A DNA stretch of 54,340 nt from an uncultured Muribaculaceae bacterium (GCA_964461005.1 CAYWQQ010000001.1:5890-60229), one strand, 5' to 3'; shown: positions 9,392 to 19,791, numbered from the stretch's first letter. Notes: generated from the letters alone by a model not told the origin. Program-made: numbers and translations.

Positions 9392-10264
9392 TTATCTTTC
9401 AATATCTATATTTAATATTTCTAAAATACGATTCAAATCATCAACGTCAGAAAAACTAATGCTAATTTTATTGTTTTCGATATTTATTTTTGTCTCTAAT
9501 TTTTCACTTAATGTTTCTTCTAAATACTGATATTTATTATCTTTTTTCTTTTTAGGTTTTAAAGGTTGTTGTTTAATTGAAACAATATTTTCTAAAGATC
9601 TAACACTTAAATCATCTTTAATTATTCTTTTAGCTAAGCTGTCAATTAATTCCCAACTGTCTAATTTACTTAAAACACGAGCGTGTCCCATAGAAATTTT
9701 ATTTTTAACAACTAAATCTTGAATATCACTGGGTAATCTTAACAAACCCAACATATTAGTGATATGACTACGGCTTTTACCAAGTTTTTGACTTAAAACA
9801 TCTTGTGTAATATTTAAACTATCAATCATTGCTTTATATGCTTGGGCTTCTTCAATGGCATTTAAATCTTCTCTTTGTAAATTTTCTAATAATGCTATTT
9901 GCATCATTTCTTCATCAGAAAAATTACGAACAATAGCAGGTATAGTTTCTAGGCCTGCTAAAACACTGGCTTTTACTCTTCTTTCCCCAGCTATTATTTC
10001 ATAACCTTTGATACTTTTTTTAATTATAATTGGTTGAAAAACTCCGTTTTCCTTTATTGAATTAGATAATTCTTTTAAAGCTTCTTCATCAAAGTTTTTT
10101 CTTGGTTGATACGGATTACTTCTTAATTCAGATAATCTAACGTTAATAATTTCATCTTTTGATGCATTTTCAACTATTGCTGTTTCTAATCTATTAAAAT
10201 CCAAATTTTCTGAATTAAATAATTGTTCAAGTCCTTTACCAAGAGCTCTTCTTTTATTTTCCAT
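9392..10264 (-). CDS. parB: chromosome partitioning protein ParB/Spo0J
   Basis: 290 aa with ParB box motifs (NPYQPR, GERRVKAS) and an HTH. It overlaps the parA stop by 11 nt. Confidence 0.92.
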   Translation of the reverse strand: MENKRRALGKGLEQLFNSENLDFNRLETAIVENASKDEIINVRLSELRSNPYQPRKNFDEEALKELSNSIKENGVFQPIIIKKSIKGYEIIAGERRVKASVLAGLETIPAIVRNFSDEEMMQIALLENLQREDLNAIEEAQAYKAMIDSLNITQDVLSQKLGKSRSHITNMLGLLRLPSDIQDLVVKNKISMGHARVLSKLDSWELIDSLAKRIIKDDLSVRSLENIVSIKQQPLKPKKKKDNKYQYLEETLSEKLETKINIENNKISISFSDVDDLNRILEILNIDIER

Positions 10265-11054
10265 TTCTTATAATCACTTCCTTCGCTAAATTTAAATAAG
10301 CATAATGTCCTTTACTAGTTGAATCATATTCGGCAATTGGTTTACCATGTGAAGGAGCTTCAGACAATCTAATTAAACGGGGAATAATAGTATCATAAAC
10401 TCTCTCTTTAAAATATGTACGAATATCTTCAATTACTTCCAATCCCAAATTGGTTCTTGAATCAAACATAGTTAATAAAACCCCTTCAATATCTAATTCT
10501 TTATTCAAATTTTTTTGTACTAACATAATTGTACTAAGTAATTGAGTTATTCCTTCTAAAGCATAAAATTCACACTGAACCGGAATTATTACCGAATCTG
10601 ATGCAGTTAAGGCATTGGTAGTTAATATTCCTAAAGAAGGTGGACAATCAATAATAATATAATCATATTCGTTTTTTATACTTTCTAAACTCTTTTTTAA
10701 TTGATGAGTTTTAGAAAAACCTTCAATTGTTTTACTTTTTTCAATTAGCTCAATATCAACACCTGCTAAATTTATTGTAGCTGGTGCTAAAAAAAGATTC
10801 TTAAAGCCAGTAGAAATAACCACTTCGGATGCTGTTTTAGTATTTACTAAAACATCATAAATACTAGAATTTATATCGCTCTTATCAACACCTACTCCAG
10901 TTGATGAATTTCCTTGCGGATCTAAATCAATTATTAATACTTTTTTATCTAATAATCCTAAAGATGAAGATAGATTAATACTTGTTGTTGTTTTACCAAC
11001 TCCACCTTTTTGATTAACTATTGAAATAATTTTGCCCAATTTAATCACACTCAC
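10254..11054 (-). CDS. parA: chromosome partitioning ATPase ParA/Soj
   Basis: Deviant Walker A NQKGGVGKTTT. The true start may be TTG at 11039 (MGKIISIVNQKGG), since homologues start just before the P-loop. Confidence 0.9.
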   Translation of the reverse strand: MSVIKLGKIISIVNQKGGVGKTTTSINLSSSLGLLDKKVLIIDLDPQGNSSTGVGVDKSDINSSIYDVLVNTKTASEVVISTGFKNLFLAPATINLAGVDIELIEKSKTIEGFSKTHQLKKSLESIKNEYDYIIIDCPPSLGILTTNALTASDSVIIPVQCEFYALEGITQLLSTIMLVQKNLNKELDIEGVLLTMFDSRTNLGLEVIEDIRTYFKERVYDTIIPRLIRLSEAPSHGKPIAEYDSTSKGHYAYLNLAKEVIIRNGK

Positions 11055-11124
11055 GTTCTATGTATTTCATATTTATATGATACCAAAATAACGCTATCTT
11101 TTAAATAACTTTAATTGTTATTAT

Positions 11125-12048
11125 TTATTTTAAGCGCTTCGCTTTTTCTTTTATTTTTCTTAATCGATGATTTAGACAAGATTTACTTATCTTTTTTGAT
11201 AATTCCAAACTCATAATTTCACTTAATTCCAATAAAGAAGATTCAGGATATTTCAAGCGATATATTGCCACTTCCTTAAGTTTATCATCTAATATATCTA
11301 ATCCCATTTCTTCAATAATCAAATTAATATCTTTTATTTGTTGATTCGAGGAATTAATTATTTTTTCTACATTAGCTTGTTCACAATTATTTAAACGGTT
11401 AGTATTGTTTTTTTGATTTCTATATATACGGACATTTTCAAAATACAACACACCTTGAAAAGCTCTTATGATTTTCAAAAAATCGCTTATTCTTTCAGCT
11501 TCCTTAACATATACCATATAGCCTTTAGCTCGATTAATAATTCTACTGTTCAAAGAAAAATAATTTAAAATTTCATCAATAAAAACAGCATATTCCTCAT
11601 CATCTAATAAAAACTCTAAATGATATCTAGACTTTTGTGGATCATTAATACTTCCACTTGCTAAAAAAGTCCCTTTTAAATAGGCTATTTTTAATTCATC
11701 ATCAGCATAAAGGTAACCTTTAGGAAGATTAGTAAAATAGCCTTCCTGATTGACTAGGGCTAAGTCCTTTAAAATTTCATCTCTGTGCTTTTGTATTTCC
11801 AATATATATAAATAATTTTTCCTAAAATTAAAATTTTTTCTCAAAATAATTCGAGGTCTAAATTTATATAAATCTTCTATAATAGAAAACATGAAGCGAC
11901 AAACATTAATACTTTCTGTATGAACTTTTATTCGTTTTTCATCTATATAAGCGTTTTGACGAAAAAAAGCAGATAAAAGCGAAATCATTTCTAAATTATT
12001 TAATTCGCTGTTTATTATTTCTTCCTTTATCTGAGCAGTAAATGACAT
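11125..12048 (-). CDS. whiA: DNA-binding protein WhiA
   Basis: 307 aa. The N-terminus MSFTAQIKEEI is typical of WhiA, with a LAGLIDADG-like core and a C-terminal HTH. SD gaggtga. Confidence 0.88.
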   Translation of the reverse strand: MSFTAQIKEEIINSELNNLEMISLLSAFFRQNAYIDEKRIKVHTESINVCRFMFSIIEDLYKFRPRIILRKNFNFRKNYLYILEIQKHRDEILKDLALVNQEGYFTNLPKGYLYADDELKIAYLKGTFLASGSINDPQKSRYHLEFLLDDEEYAVFIDEILNYFSLNSRIINRAKGYMVYVKEAERISDFLKIIRAFQGVLYFENVRIYRNQKNNTNRLNNCEQANVEKIINSSNQQIKDINLIIEEMGLDILDDKLKEVAIYRLKYPESSLLELSEIMSLELSKKISKSCLNHRLRKIKEKAKRLK

Positions 12049-12057
12049 ACTATCACC

Positions 12058-12618
12058 TCATTTTTTTCTTGCTAAACCCAAATATTTAGTTATTTCTTTC
12101 ATTTTGACATCTTTCATCGAGCAACTTTTGTCAGCCGAACACACAATCCAAGATTCTCTATATTTAGGTGCATATATTGTAAGCGGCCACATATGTTTTA
12201 ATATAATATCTTTTACAATTTCATCAATCAAATGTGGAAAATATTTTATAGCATTGCTATAAGCTATTTTATGGTGAGAAAAGCCGTGATTGTTAGGTAA
12301 AACTTTATTCTTTTTTATATCAGTATCAGGAAATTTGAAATCACCTTTTTTTTGCCAATCATAAAAGAAAAAATCATGTAATAAAGAACCTATAGCTACA
12401 GATCTTTTATTACATTTTTTATATTTTAATGACTTCAAATAAGAATAACAACAAACTTCTATAACATGATTTTTTCTTGATTCTAAATGATGAATTATTT
12501 CTTCCATTTGTAAGAATATAGGAGATTCAATAATTTCTTTTATATATGAATATAATTCTTCTTTTTCTTCATCAGAAAATTTAAATTTTTTTGTAATAAT
12601 TAAAAAATCTTTATCCAT
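12058..12618 (-). CDS. HD-domain phosphohydrolase family protein
   Basis: 186 aa with the H...HD signature (HHLESRKNHVIEV ... SLLHDFFFYD) and later His residues. The specific function cannot be determined from the sequence. Confidence 0.6.
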   Translation of the reverse strand: MDKDFLIITKKFKFSDEEKEELYSYIKEIIESPIFLQMEEIIHHLESRKNHVIEVCCYSYLKSLKYKKCNKRSVAIGSLLHDFFFYDWQKKGDFKFPDTDIKKNKVLPNNHGFSHHKIAYSNAIKYFPHLIDEIVKDIILKHMWPLTIYAPKYRESWIVCSADKSCSMKDVKMKEITKYLGLARKK

Positions 12619-12620
12619 AT

Positions 12621-13529
12621 TTAACCGATATATTTTGAAGCTTGCAGACCAGCCACAGCTCCTTCTGCCACAGCGGTAGACACCTGATATACTTCTTTAT
12701 TAATGACGTCTCCACAGGCAAAAATACCCTCTATATTAGTCTCCATTTGTTGATTTACAATAATATAGTCATTTTCTTTTAAACAATCAATAAAATCAGT
12801 ATTAGGCTTGTAGCCATTATATTCAAATAATGCAGCTACTTTTATTTCTTCAGATATATTTGTTTCACTATTATTTATGACAATTGAATTCAATTTTTTA
12901 TCCTCTTCATTCAATTTCATTATAGAAGAATTGCTAATGATTTTTATTTTAGAATTATTAAGGATTTTTTCTTTAAACTCACATGCTACTAATTCTGCTT
13001 CTTTAATAATAATTAGTAATTCAGAAGCAATATTTACCAAATATAAAGCTTCTTCAAGAGTTTCTTTACTATTTCCAACTAAAGCTATTTTTTGATTTTT
13101 ATATAATGAGCCATCACAGATAGCACAAAAACTAATACCTCTTCCTAATAATCTTTTTTCATTATCCAAACCCAATTCTTTAGGATTTCTTCCTGTTGCG
13201 ATAACAACAGTTTTAACAATATATTTTTCTTTTTCAGTCAAAACCACAAAAAAATCTTCTTCTTTTTTGATTTCAATAATTTTCCCATATTTGTAATCAA
13301 TTTTATTTTCTTGAATTTGATTAAACATATTGAAAGCTAAATCAGGCCCACTAATTTTTGAAAAACCAGTATAGTTTTCAATAGAATTAATTCTATTTAA
13401 TTGACCACCCGGAGCATTACCATCGATAATAGCAACATTCCTATCAGCTTGTTTCAAATATATGGCTGCCGTCATTCCAGCTGGGCCAGAACCAATTACA
13501 AGTGCATCAAAATCTAACTTCATATTCAC
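12621..13529 (-). CDS. trxB: thioredoxin-disulfide reductase
   Basis: GSGPAG FAD motif and a CAICDG redox-centre variant. The ORF-track start 13556 is probably too far upstream. GTG 13529 has GAGG 6 nt upstream; ATG 13523 is an alternative. Confidence 0.85.
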   Translation of the reverse strand: MNMKLDFDALVIGSGPAGMTAAIYLKQADRNVAIIDGNAPGGQLNRINSIENYTGFSKISGPDLAFNMFNQIQENKIDYKYGKIIEIKKEEDFFVVLTEKEKYIVKTVVIATGRNPKELGLDNEKRLLGRGISFCAICDGSLYKNQKIALVGNSKETLEEALYLVNIASELLIIIKEAELVACEFKEKILNNSKIKIISNSSIMKLNEEDKKLNSIVINNSETNISEEIKVAALFEYNGYKPNTDFIDCLKENDYIIVNQQMETNIEGIFACGDVINKEVYQVSTAVAEGAVAGLQASKYIG

Positions 13530-14325
13530 GATCAACCTCACTATATCTATTATCAAAACGAGATCCCAAAGATTTTATAGAAACAATTATTAATCCTAAA
13601 ATAAATAATATAATTGAAACAATTTGAGCTACTTTCAAATCGTTAAAAATTAAACTATCTGTTCTTAAGCCTTCAATAAAAAATCTACCTAAAGAGTAAA
13701 ACATCAAATACAATCCAATTAATTGACCATTTTTCAAATATTTATAAAATTTTCTTAATATTAAGAAAACAATAAAAAGCCCCAAACATAAAACAGATTC
13801 ATATAAGAAAGTGGGATGATAGTAGACACCTTGTATTTTAACTCCTTCAATAATAAAATCCGGAATATATAAGCCCTCTAAAAAACTTCTACTAACTTCT
13901 AAACCGTGAGCTTCTTGATTAAAAAAATTACCCCAACGGCCGATAGCTTGGCCAATTAATATTGCTGGAGCCATCATGTCAAATAGTTTCCAATTATTTA
14001 CTTGATATTTCTTAGCATAAAACATTATGAAGATAGCTCCAAAAATTATACCTCCATGAATAGCTAAGCCACCTTCCCAAATTTTAAATATATCTAAAAT
14101 ATTTTGAGAATAATATGACCAATTAAAGAAAACATAATATGCTCTTGCTCCAATTATCCCGATGATAAGAGCCCAAAATATCATGTTTGATATAAATTCT
14201 TTTTGAATCTTAAATTTTTTAGCTTCCTTAGTTAAAATATAACTACCAATCAATACACCTAAAACTATAAAAACAGAATACCAACTAATTTTAATAAAAT
14301 TTAAATCTAAAACATATTTCCCCAC
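13507..14325 (-). CDS. lgt: prolipoprotein diacylglyceryl transferase
   Basis: 272-aa membrane protein with typical Lgt blocks (GGLAIHGG, GRWGNFFNQE, GLRTDSL). GTG start with SD aaggag; ends in TGA. Confidence 0.92.
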   Translation of the reverse strand: MGKYVLDLNFIKISWYSVFIVLGVLIGSYILTKEAKKFKIQKEFISNMIFWALIIGIIGARAYYVFFNWSYYSQNILDIFKIWEGGLAIHGGIIFGAIFIMFYAKKYQVNNWKLFDMMAPAILIGQAIGRWGNFFNQEAHGLEVSRSFLEGLYIPDFIIEGVKIQGVYYHPTFLYESVLCLGLFIVFLILRKFYKYLKNGQLIGLYLMFYSLGRFFIEGLRTDSLIFNDLKVAQIVSIILFILGLIIVSIKSLGSRFDNRYSEVDREYEVRF

Positions 14326-14326
14326 A

Positions 14327-14761
14327 TTAGTTCTCCTTTCTAAACATTGGCTTTATAATAATGTTTTCCATTAAAAAATTCATAATAGAGATTAATATTG
14401 CTGCAAAAAATAAAATAAAAAAGCCATGAGTAGTAAAATGATCTCCCAATATAAATGCGGCCATCTTTATTATAAAAACATTTATAAAAGGATAAAACAT
14501 TCCTAAAGTTATTCCTGTAATTGGCAATGTTAAAAAGAATAGAACTGGCTTAATTGTTTTGTTTAAGATATATATAATCGCACTTGCTAACAATGCCCAT
14601 AAACCAAAATAACTGCGATCTAAAATAAACGTCTTTTTAAACAATAAAGAAACAAAAATTAAAATTAGCGCATATAAAACTATATAAATAATTAAATATA
14701 ATGCATCATTTATTTTGCTATAATCTTTCTTTTTATTGTCATCAATAACTATTGTTTTCAT
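14327..14761 (-). CDS. phage holin family IV-like (PF04020/DUF360-type) small membrane protein
   Basis: 144 aa with 4 TM segments. The central block IKPVLFFLTLPITGITLGMFYPFINVFIIKMAAFILGDHF resembles the YvlD/DUF360 family. SD aggtga. Confidence 0.5.
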   Translation of the reverse strand: MKTIVIDDNKKKDYSKINDALYLIIYIVLYALILIFVSLLFKKTFILDRSYFGLWALLASAIIYILNKTIKPVLFFLTLPITGITLGMFYPFINVFIIKMAAFILGDHFTTHGFFILFFAAILISIMNFLMENIIIKPMFRKEN

Positions 14762-14804
14762 ATAATCACCTGCTTAAATTATATCATGTTTAATTGCTTT
14801 TATA

Positions 14805-14828
14805 AACAAAAAAGTAGTTAATCTACTT
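14805..14828 (-). terminator. rho-independent terminator after eno
   Basis: Stem aagtag (14812-14817) / ctactt (14823-14828), overlapping the TAG stop. A T-run follows on the minus strand. Confidence 0.6.
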
Positions 14829-16055
14829 TTCTAGTTCTTCCTCAATTCTTAATAATTGATTATATTTACAAATACGATCCGTTCTAGATAATGAGCCTGT
14901 TTTTATTTGGCCCAAATTTAATCCAACAGCAAAATCTGCTATATAAGTATCTTCTGTTTCTCCACTACGGTGTGAAATAATTGTTTTATAGTTATTGTTT
15001 TTTGCTAAGTTAATTGTTTCTAAAGTCTCTGTAACCGTTCCGATTTGATTTACTTTAATCAATATGGAATTACATGATCCCATTTCAATTCCTTTGTTTA
15101 GCAACTCCTTATTTGTAACAAATAAATCATCACCAACAATTTGGATTTTATCGCCAATAGCTTCAGTTAATAATTTAAAGCCTTCAAAATCTTCTTCTTC
15201 GAAAGGATCTTCAATAGAAATTATAGGAAATTTTAAAACTAATTCTTGATAAAATTCAATCATTTCTTGTTGATTTAATATTTTGTTTTCACCACTTAAA
15301 TAATATTTTCCTTCTTTATAAAATTGAGAAGCTGCCACATCGACGGCTATTGCAACATCATCTCCCGGCTTATAGCCAGCAGTTGTTATTGCATTAACAA
15401 TTAATTCAAACGCTTCAATATTACTATTTAAATTAGGTGCAAAGCCACCTTCATCTCCTACAGCAACGTTATAACCTTTTGCTTTCAACAATTTCTTTAA
15501 GGTATGGAAAACTTCCGCTCCTATTCTTAAACTTTCCTTGAATGTTGATCTTTTAGGAACAATCATAAATTCCTGAATATCAAGATTATTGTCTGCATGA
15601 GCTCCACCATTAATGATGTTCATCATTGGCCTAGGCATTTCAGTTCCTTGACCTATATATTCATAGAGGTTTTTATTATTTAACAAAGCTGCTGCTTTCA
15701 AACAAGATAGAGAAACCCCTAAAATAGCATTAGCTCCTAAAACAGACTTGTTTTTTGTCCCATCTAAATTAATCAGTAATTGATCTATTTCTTTTTGAGC
15801 TGTAACATCTTTGCCAATTAAAGCCGGTTTAATAATGGTATTAACATTATTAACAGCCGTTAAAACTCCTTTGCCTAAATATCTAGAATTATCCTTGTCT
15901 CTTAACTCAACGGCTTCATTAATCCCTGTTGAAGCACCACTAGGAATACTTGATCTACCTAAAACATTATTTTCACAAATAACATCTACTTCAATTGTAG
16001 GATTGCCTCTTGAATCCAATATTTCTCTAGCCTTAATATCAATTATTTTATTCAT
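14823..16055 (-). CDS. eno: enolase (phosphopyruvate hydratase)
   Basis: The start is corrected to ATG 16055 ([23 protein letters not shown], the canonical enolase N-terminus), with SD ggagga 5 nt upstream. The ORF-track start 16136 lies inside murD. Confidence 0.96.
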   Translation of the reverse strand: MNKIIDIKAREILDSRGNPTIEVDVICENNVLGRSSIPSGASTGINEAVELRDKDNSRYLGKGVLTAVNNVNTIIKPALIGKDVTAQKEIDQLLINLDGTKNKSVLGANAILGVSLSCLKAAALLNNKNLYEYIGQGTEMPRPMMNIINGGAHADNNLDIQEFMIVPKRSTFKESLRIGAEVFHTLKKLLKAKGYNVAVGDEGGFAPNLNSNIEAFELIVNAITTAGYKPGDDVAIAVDVAASQFYKEGKYYLSGENKILNQQEMIEFYQELVLKFPIISIEDPFEEEDFEGFKLLTEAIGDKIQIVGDDLFVTNKELLNKGIEMGSCNSILIKVNQIGTVTETLETINLAKNNNYKTIISHRSGETEDTYIADFAVGLNLGQIKTGSLSRTDRICKYNQLLRIEEELEK

Positions 16056-17391
16056 TTTTTTCCTCCAACAAATTAATAGCTTCTTTATATTTGTTTCCTC
16101 TTTCTTCAAAATCTTTAAATTGATCCCAAGAAGCACAAGCTGGGCTCAATAGTACAACATCATTTGGTTTTGCTATTTCGTAAGCTTTTTTAACCGCTTC
16201 ATCAACAACATCACAAACAAAGCATTCAATATTATTGTTTTGAGCAAATGTTGATATTCTATCCTTTGTTTCTCCATAAGATATGATACTTTTAACATTT
16301 GTCAAAAATGGTACTAAATCATCAAAGCTATGTCCTCTATCTAATCCTCCCAAAATTAATATAGTTGGTTTACTAAAAGAAGATAAAGCAATTTGCGTAG
16401 ACTTAATATTTGTAGATTTTGAATCGTTATAATATTCAACTTGATTAATTGTTTTAACAAATTCAATTCGGTGTTCGACACCACTAAATTTTTTTAAAAC
16501 TTCTCTTATATCCTCATCACTAACATCAAATTCTTTCACAGCAATAATAGCGGCCATAATATTTTCTAAATTATGATTGCCTTTTAATTTCACTTCGTCG
16601 ATTGCAATGATTTTATTACCATTGTAATTTATTTGGTTTTGAGACAGTTCGCAACCTATTAAATTTGTTTTGTTAGAAGAAAAATATTTTTTTAGTGAAG
16701 GAATATCTTCTGCAATAGAAAGGCTTTCCTCATTATCTAAATTTAGAATAGCCAAAGAAAATGCTTGATGATGATTAAATATTCTTTTTTTCATTTCTTT
16801 GTATTTTTCATAGGAACCATGAAAATCTACATGAGCTTCAGAAATATTAGTTAATATAGAAATATCAGTTTTAAACTCTTTCATATTGCATAACTGATGA
16901 TCAGAAATTTCAATTACAAAAATATCATCCGGCAAAAATAATGGCACCATTGAAGAAACGGGAATGCCTATGTTTCCAGCTAAATGAACTCTTTTTTTTG
17001 CTTGTTTTAATATTTCGTATATTAAAGTTACCGTTGTTGTTTTGCCGTTAGTCCCAGTAACACCTATTATTTTTAAATTTTTGGGAAAATAGCGATATGC
17101 TAATTCAACTTCATTGATGATATCAATTCCTAATTTTTTAGCTTTTACAATATATTTGTGTTCATTAGAAATACCAGGGTTTTTAACAATCATTTCATAT
17201 GTATCATCAATAAAATCAACATCTTCAACACCTAAAATTACATTTACACCTAAAGATTCTAATTCTTTTATTTGATTTAGTTCTTGATCAGAACTACGAT
17301 CATTAATTGTAACTTGATATCCTTTTTCAATTAATAGCTTTGCTGCAGCGTAACCGCTTCTAGCCATTCCAAAAACAAATGCTTTTTTCAT
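16048..17391 (-). CDS. murD: UDP-N-acetylmuramoylalanine--D-glutamate ligase
   Basis: 447 aa with a GMARSG Rossmann N-terminus, the [11 protein letters not shown]-loop and Mur ligase C-terminal motifs. Confidence 0.9.
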   Translation of the reverse strand: MKKAFVFGMARSGYAAAKLLIEKGYQVTINDRSSDQELNQIKELESLGVNVILGVEDVDFIDDTYEMIVKNPGISNEHKYIVKAKKLGIDIINEVELAYRYFPKNLKIIGVTGTNGKTTTVTLIYEILKQAKKRVHLAGNIGIPVSSMVPLFLPDDIFVIEISDHQLCNMKEFKTDISILTNISEAHVDFHGSYEKYKEMKKRIFNHHQAFSLAILNLDNEESLSIAEDIPSLKKYFSSNKTNLIGCELSQNQINYNGNKIIAIDEVKLKGNHNLENIMAAIIAVKEFDVSDEDIREVLKKFSGVEHRIEFVKTINQVEYYNDSKSTNIKSTQIALSSFSKPTILILGGLDRGHSFDDLVPFLTNVKSIISYGETKDRISTFAQNNNIECFVCDVVDEAVKKAYEIAKPNDVVLLSPACASWDQFKDFEERGNKYKEAINLLEEKNE

Positions 17392-17490
17392 ATTATCACT
17401 CTCCTGTTAAGTATACTATAATATCAATTAAAATAAAATAATTTTTGATAATTAGACATTACTTAACTGCTTTTATTTTGTTCTTTTGTT

Positions 17491-17499
17491 TGTTATAAT
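17491..17499 (+). promoter_or_regulatory. extended -10 promoter (TGtTATAAT) for the femX-like gene
   Basis: TG at 17491-17492 and TATAAT at 17494-17499, 19 nt upstream of ATG 17519. The -35 is weak. The ORF-track TTG start at 17486 lies upstream of this element. Confidence 0.55.
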
Positions 17500-17518
17500 A
17501 GCAATAGGAATGGTGAAT

Positions 17519-18790
17519 ATGAAAATAATAGAATTATCTAAAAAACAATTTGATGATTATGCCTTCAATCATAAATTGGCTTCTTTTTATCAAAGTAGTT
17601 TTTATGGTGATTTGATGGATAAAAACGGCTTTTCAGCTGTTTATCTAGGTTTGATAACTGATGAGGAAACACTAATTGCAGCATCTTTAATTCTTACACA
17701 AAAAAAGTTTTGGCGTTTTAAATCTGCTTATTCACCAAGAGGATTTCTAATTGATTATGAAGATTTAGAATTACTAGACATTTTTACCAATTTATTAAAA
17801 AAATATTTAGAAAAAAACAAAGTTATATATTTAAGAATAGATCCATCAGTTATCAATAGAGAACGAATGAAAAATGGAAAAGAAATAGTTGGTGGACTAA
17901 ATAGTGACGAATTAGTAAAATTTATGAAGAAAATTGGTTATGAACACAAAGGATTAAATTCATATTTCGAAACGATTAAACCTCGTTGGAACGTTGTTAC
18001 AAAAATAAATTCTCCACAAAACCTTTTTGCATTTTTGAGTAAAGAAACAAAAAATAAAATAAGAAAAGCATATAAAAAGGGTATAACTATTTATAAAGGT
18101 AATCAAAACGACATTAAATTATTTTATAATTTTCTAGACAAGAAAATGGCAAAAAAACTCAGTTATTATATGGATCAATATGAAATATTTTCAAAAAGTA
18201 ATAGTTATGATTTATTTTTTGCTAAATTAAATCCAACTATATATATGAAAACCAGTAAAGAATTATATGAAAGAGAATTAAAAAGAAATAGTAAATTAAA
18301 TAATATAATTCAAGAAAACCATAAACCAAGAAAAAGAGATGAATTGATTAATCAAAAAATGAATTCCGACAAACTTTTAGATGTATATAAAAATGATTTG
18401 ATTAATTCTAATAAACTCTATGTTTCTTATCCAAATGGTTTGGTAATTGCAGCAACATCAATCATAAAATACAAGGAAACAATTACTTTTTCCGAAGGTG
18501 GTTATGATAGTAGCTTTAAAAGTTTTGCCCCAAATCACTTGTTAAAGTGGGCAATAATGAACGAATATGCAAAAAAAGGATATAAAAAAATCAATCACGG
18601 AGCAATCACAGGAAACTTTTCTTTTGATAACCCTTACTATGGATTATATCAATTTAAAATGGGTTTTGATGGAGAAATAGAAGAATTTATTGGAGAATTC
18701 GACCTTGTTATTAATAAAAGTATTTACTATACTAATCTTCAAATAAAATTTATAAAGCATCTATTGGAATTTAAAAAAGCAGTTAAATAA
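17519..18790 (+). CDS. FemAB-family peptidoglycan interpeptide-bridge aminoacyltransferase (FemX/MurM-like)
   Basis: Length is about 423 aa from ATG 17519 (MKIIELSKKQFDDY...). It has the central coiled-coil insertion and the C-terminal GLYQFKMGF motif typical of FemABX. One of only two plus-strand genes in the window. Confidence 0.8.
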   Translation: MKIIELSKKQFDDYAFNHKLASFYQSSFYGDLMDKNGFSAVYLGLITDEETLIAASLILTQKKFWRFKSAYSPRGFLIDYEDLELLDIFTNLLKKYLEKNKVIYLRIDPSVINRERMKNGKEIVGGLNSDELVKFMKKIGYEHKGLNSYFETIKPRWNVVTKINSPQNLFAFLSKETKNKIRKAYKKGITIYKGNQNDIKLFYNFLDKKMAKKLSYYMDQYEIFSKSNSYDLFFAKLNPTIYMKTSKELYERELKRNSKLNNIIQENHKPRKRDELINQKMNSDKLLDVYKNDLINSNKLYVSYPNGLVIAATSIIKYKETITFSEGGYDSSFKSFAPNHLLKWAIMNEYAKKGYKKINHGAITGNFSFDNPYYGLYQFKMGFDGEIEEFIGEFDLVINKSIYYTNLQIKFIKHLLEFKKAVK

Positions 18791-18799
18791 CTGTTTTTT

Positions 18800-19213
18800 T
18801 TATATGTTTAATATAGATAATCCAACAATACTAATAATTACGCCGAGTAAATTATAGATAGATAATTTTTCTTTATAAAAAGCAACACTTGTAATGGTTA
18901 AAAAAATTAATATAAAAATATCCGTTGTAATATTAAAGTATCTTACAGACCAACCTGATTTGAAAGCTAGAAAAAAACCCAAGTCAATTAAAATGTTTAT
19001 TATTCCAAACAATAAAGCTCTTGTTCCGAGACTTTTTTTATTTTTTTTGACAGTTTTTTTAGTTTTAAAATAAAAGGGAACAGCACAAATAAAACCACCA
19101 ATATACATACAACAAAGAGCTATAACTGGATTGGTTCCTGCCGGTATAAGATTTTGAAATAAACTATACAATACACTAGTTACTATTACTATACTAATTG
19201 AAAAATAATACAT
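18800..19213 (-). CDS. DMT/EamA-like 5-TM half-transporter (3' half of an interrupted 290-codon frame)
   Basis: 137 aa with five hydrophobic segments and the EamA-like end YKEKLSIYNLLGVIISIVGLSIL. ATG 19213 is preceded by GGGAGAAGA, but it is in frame with the upstream piece and separated from it only by TAG-AGT. Confidence 0.6.
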   Translation of the reverse strand: MYYFSISIVIVTSVLYSLFQNLIPAGTNPVIALCCMYIGGFICAVPFYFKTKKTVKKNKKSLGTRALLFGIINILIDLGFFLAFKSGWSVRYFNITTDIFILIFLTITSVAFYKEKLSIYNLLGVIISIVGLSILNI

Positions 19214-19216
19214 ACT

Positions 19217-19672
19217 CTATCTTCTCCCTGTCTTTTTAGTGTTTTTGTGATTAAGAAAAAATAAAGAAATAATACACAATGATATTCCTAGTAATTTTAA
19301 ATTTGATATTTGCTCATTAAAAAACAAAAAACCAATAACAAATAAACCTAAAAAGAAAAATATAGAATATACTATATTTAATTTACTTATTTTCCATCCA
19401 ACGTTATAAGATATTATTAATCCATAGTCAGATAACATGGCAACTGCTCCAACTAAAAAACTATATATATTGATATCACTAATTATATGTTTAAAATTAT
19501 AATTGCTTATTATTAAATATGTTAGTAAAAATATACCTGCCTATAAATATGAAATGATTAGATATAAAAAATGATTTCCTCTTTCTGGAGCAAGTTCCGC
19601 AATTAAATCATACGCAACTCCACCTGTAACAACTAATAAAAATGATATGAATAACAAATTATCCACCGCCAA
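19217..19672 (-). pseudogene. DMT/EamA-like 5-TM half, interrupted by an in-frame TAG at 19541-19543
   Basis: My own translation from TTG 19672: (M)AVDNLLFISFLLVVTGGVAYDLIAELAPERGNHFLYLIISYL-TAG-AGIFLLTYLIISNYNFKHIISDINIYSFLVGAVAMLSDYGLI... This continues into the 73-aa ORF from the track. Only the last 73 codons begin with ATG. Confidence 0.6.
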
Positions 19673-19751
19673 ACTATTATATCTTTCCTTTATTTTACTA
19701 CTATTTTTTTATAAAAACAAACAATTAAGTTTTATTTTTTCAACTTTACAT

Positions 19752-19782
19752 TTAAAAAGAAAAAGTCACAATAAAGTGACTT
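19752..19782 (-). terminator. rho-independent terminator after ssrA
   Basis: Stem aagtcac (19763-19769) / gtgactt (19776-19782), followed on the minus strand by TTTTCTTTTT. It lies 10 nt past the CCA end of tmRNA. Confidence 0.8.
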
Positions 19783-19791
19783 ATAATCAAT

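Noticed and set aside
19217-19543. Possible TAG recoding (pyrrolysine or suppression) as the explanation for the two in-frame TAGs in the DMT locus
   Set aside because: TAG clearly ends eno (14823-14825), pth (41294-41296), gyrA (47685-47687) and mnmE (53308-53310) at their homology-expected termini. No pyl genes or PYLIS-like context are visible. Nonsense mutation is the simpler explanation, but I kept the locus as a finding.
19680-19791. Possible genomic island, integrase or att site at the 3' end of ssrA
   Set aside because: Only a terminator and about 110 nt of AT-rich spacer separate ssrA from the DMT locus. I saw no integrase gene and no duplicate of the ssrA 3' end.
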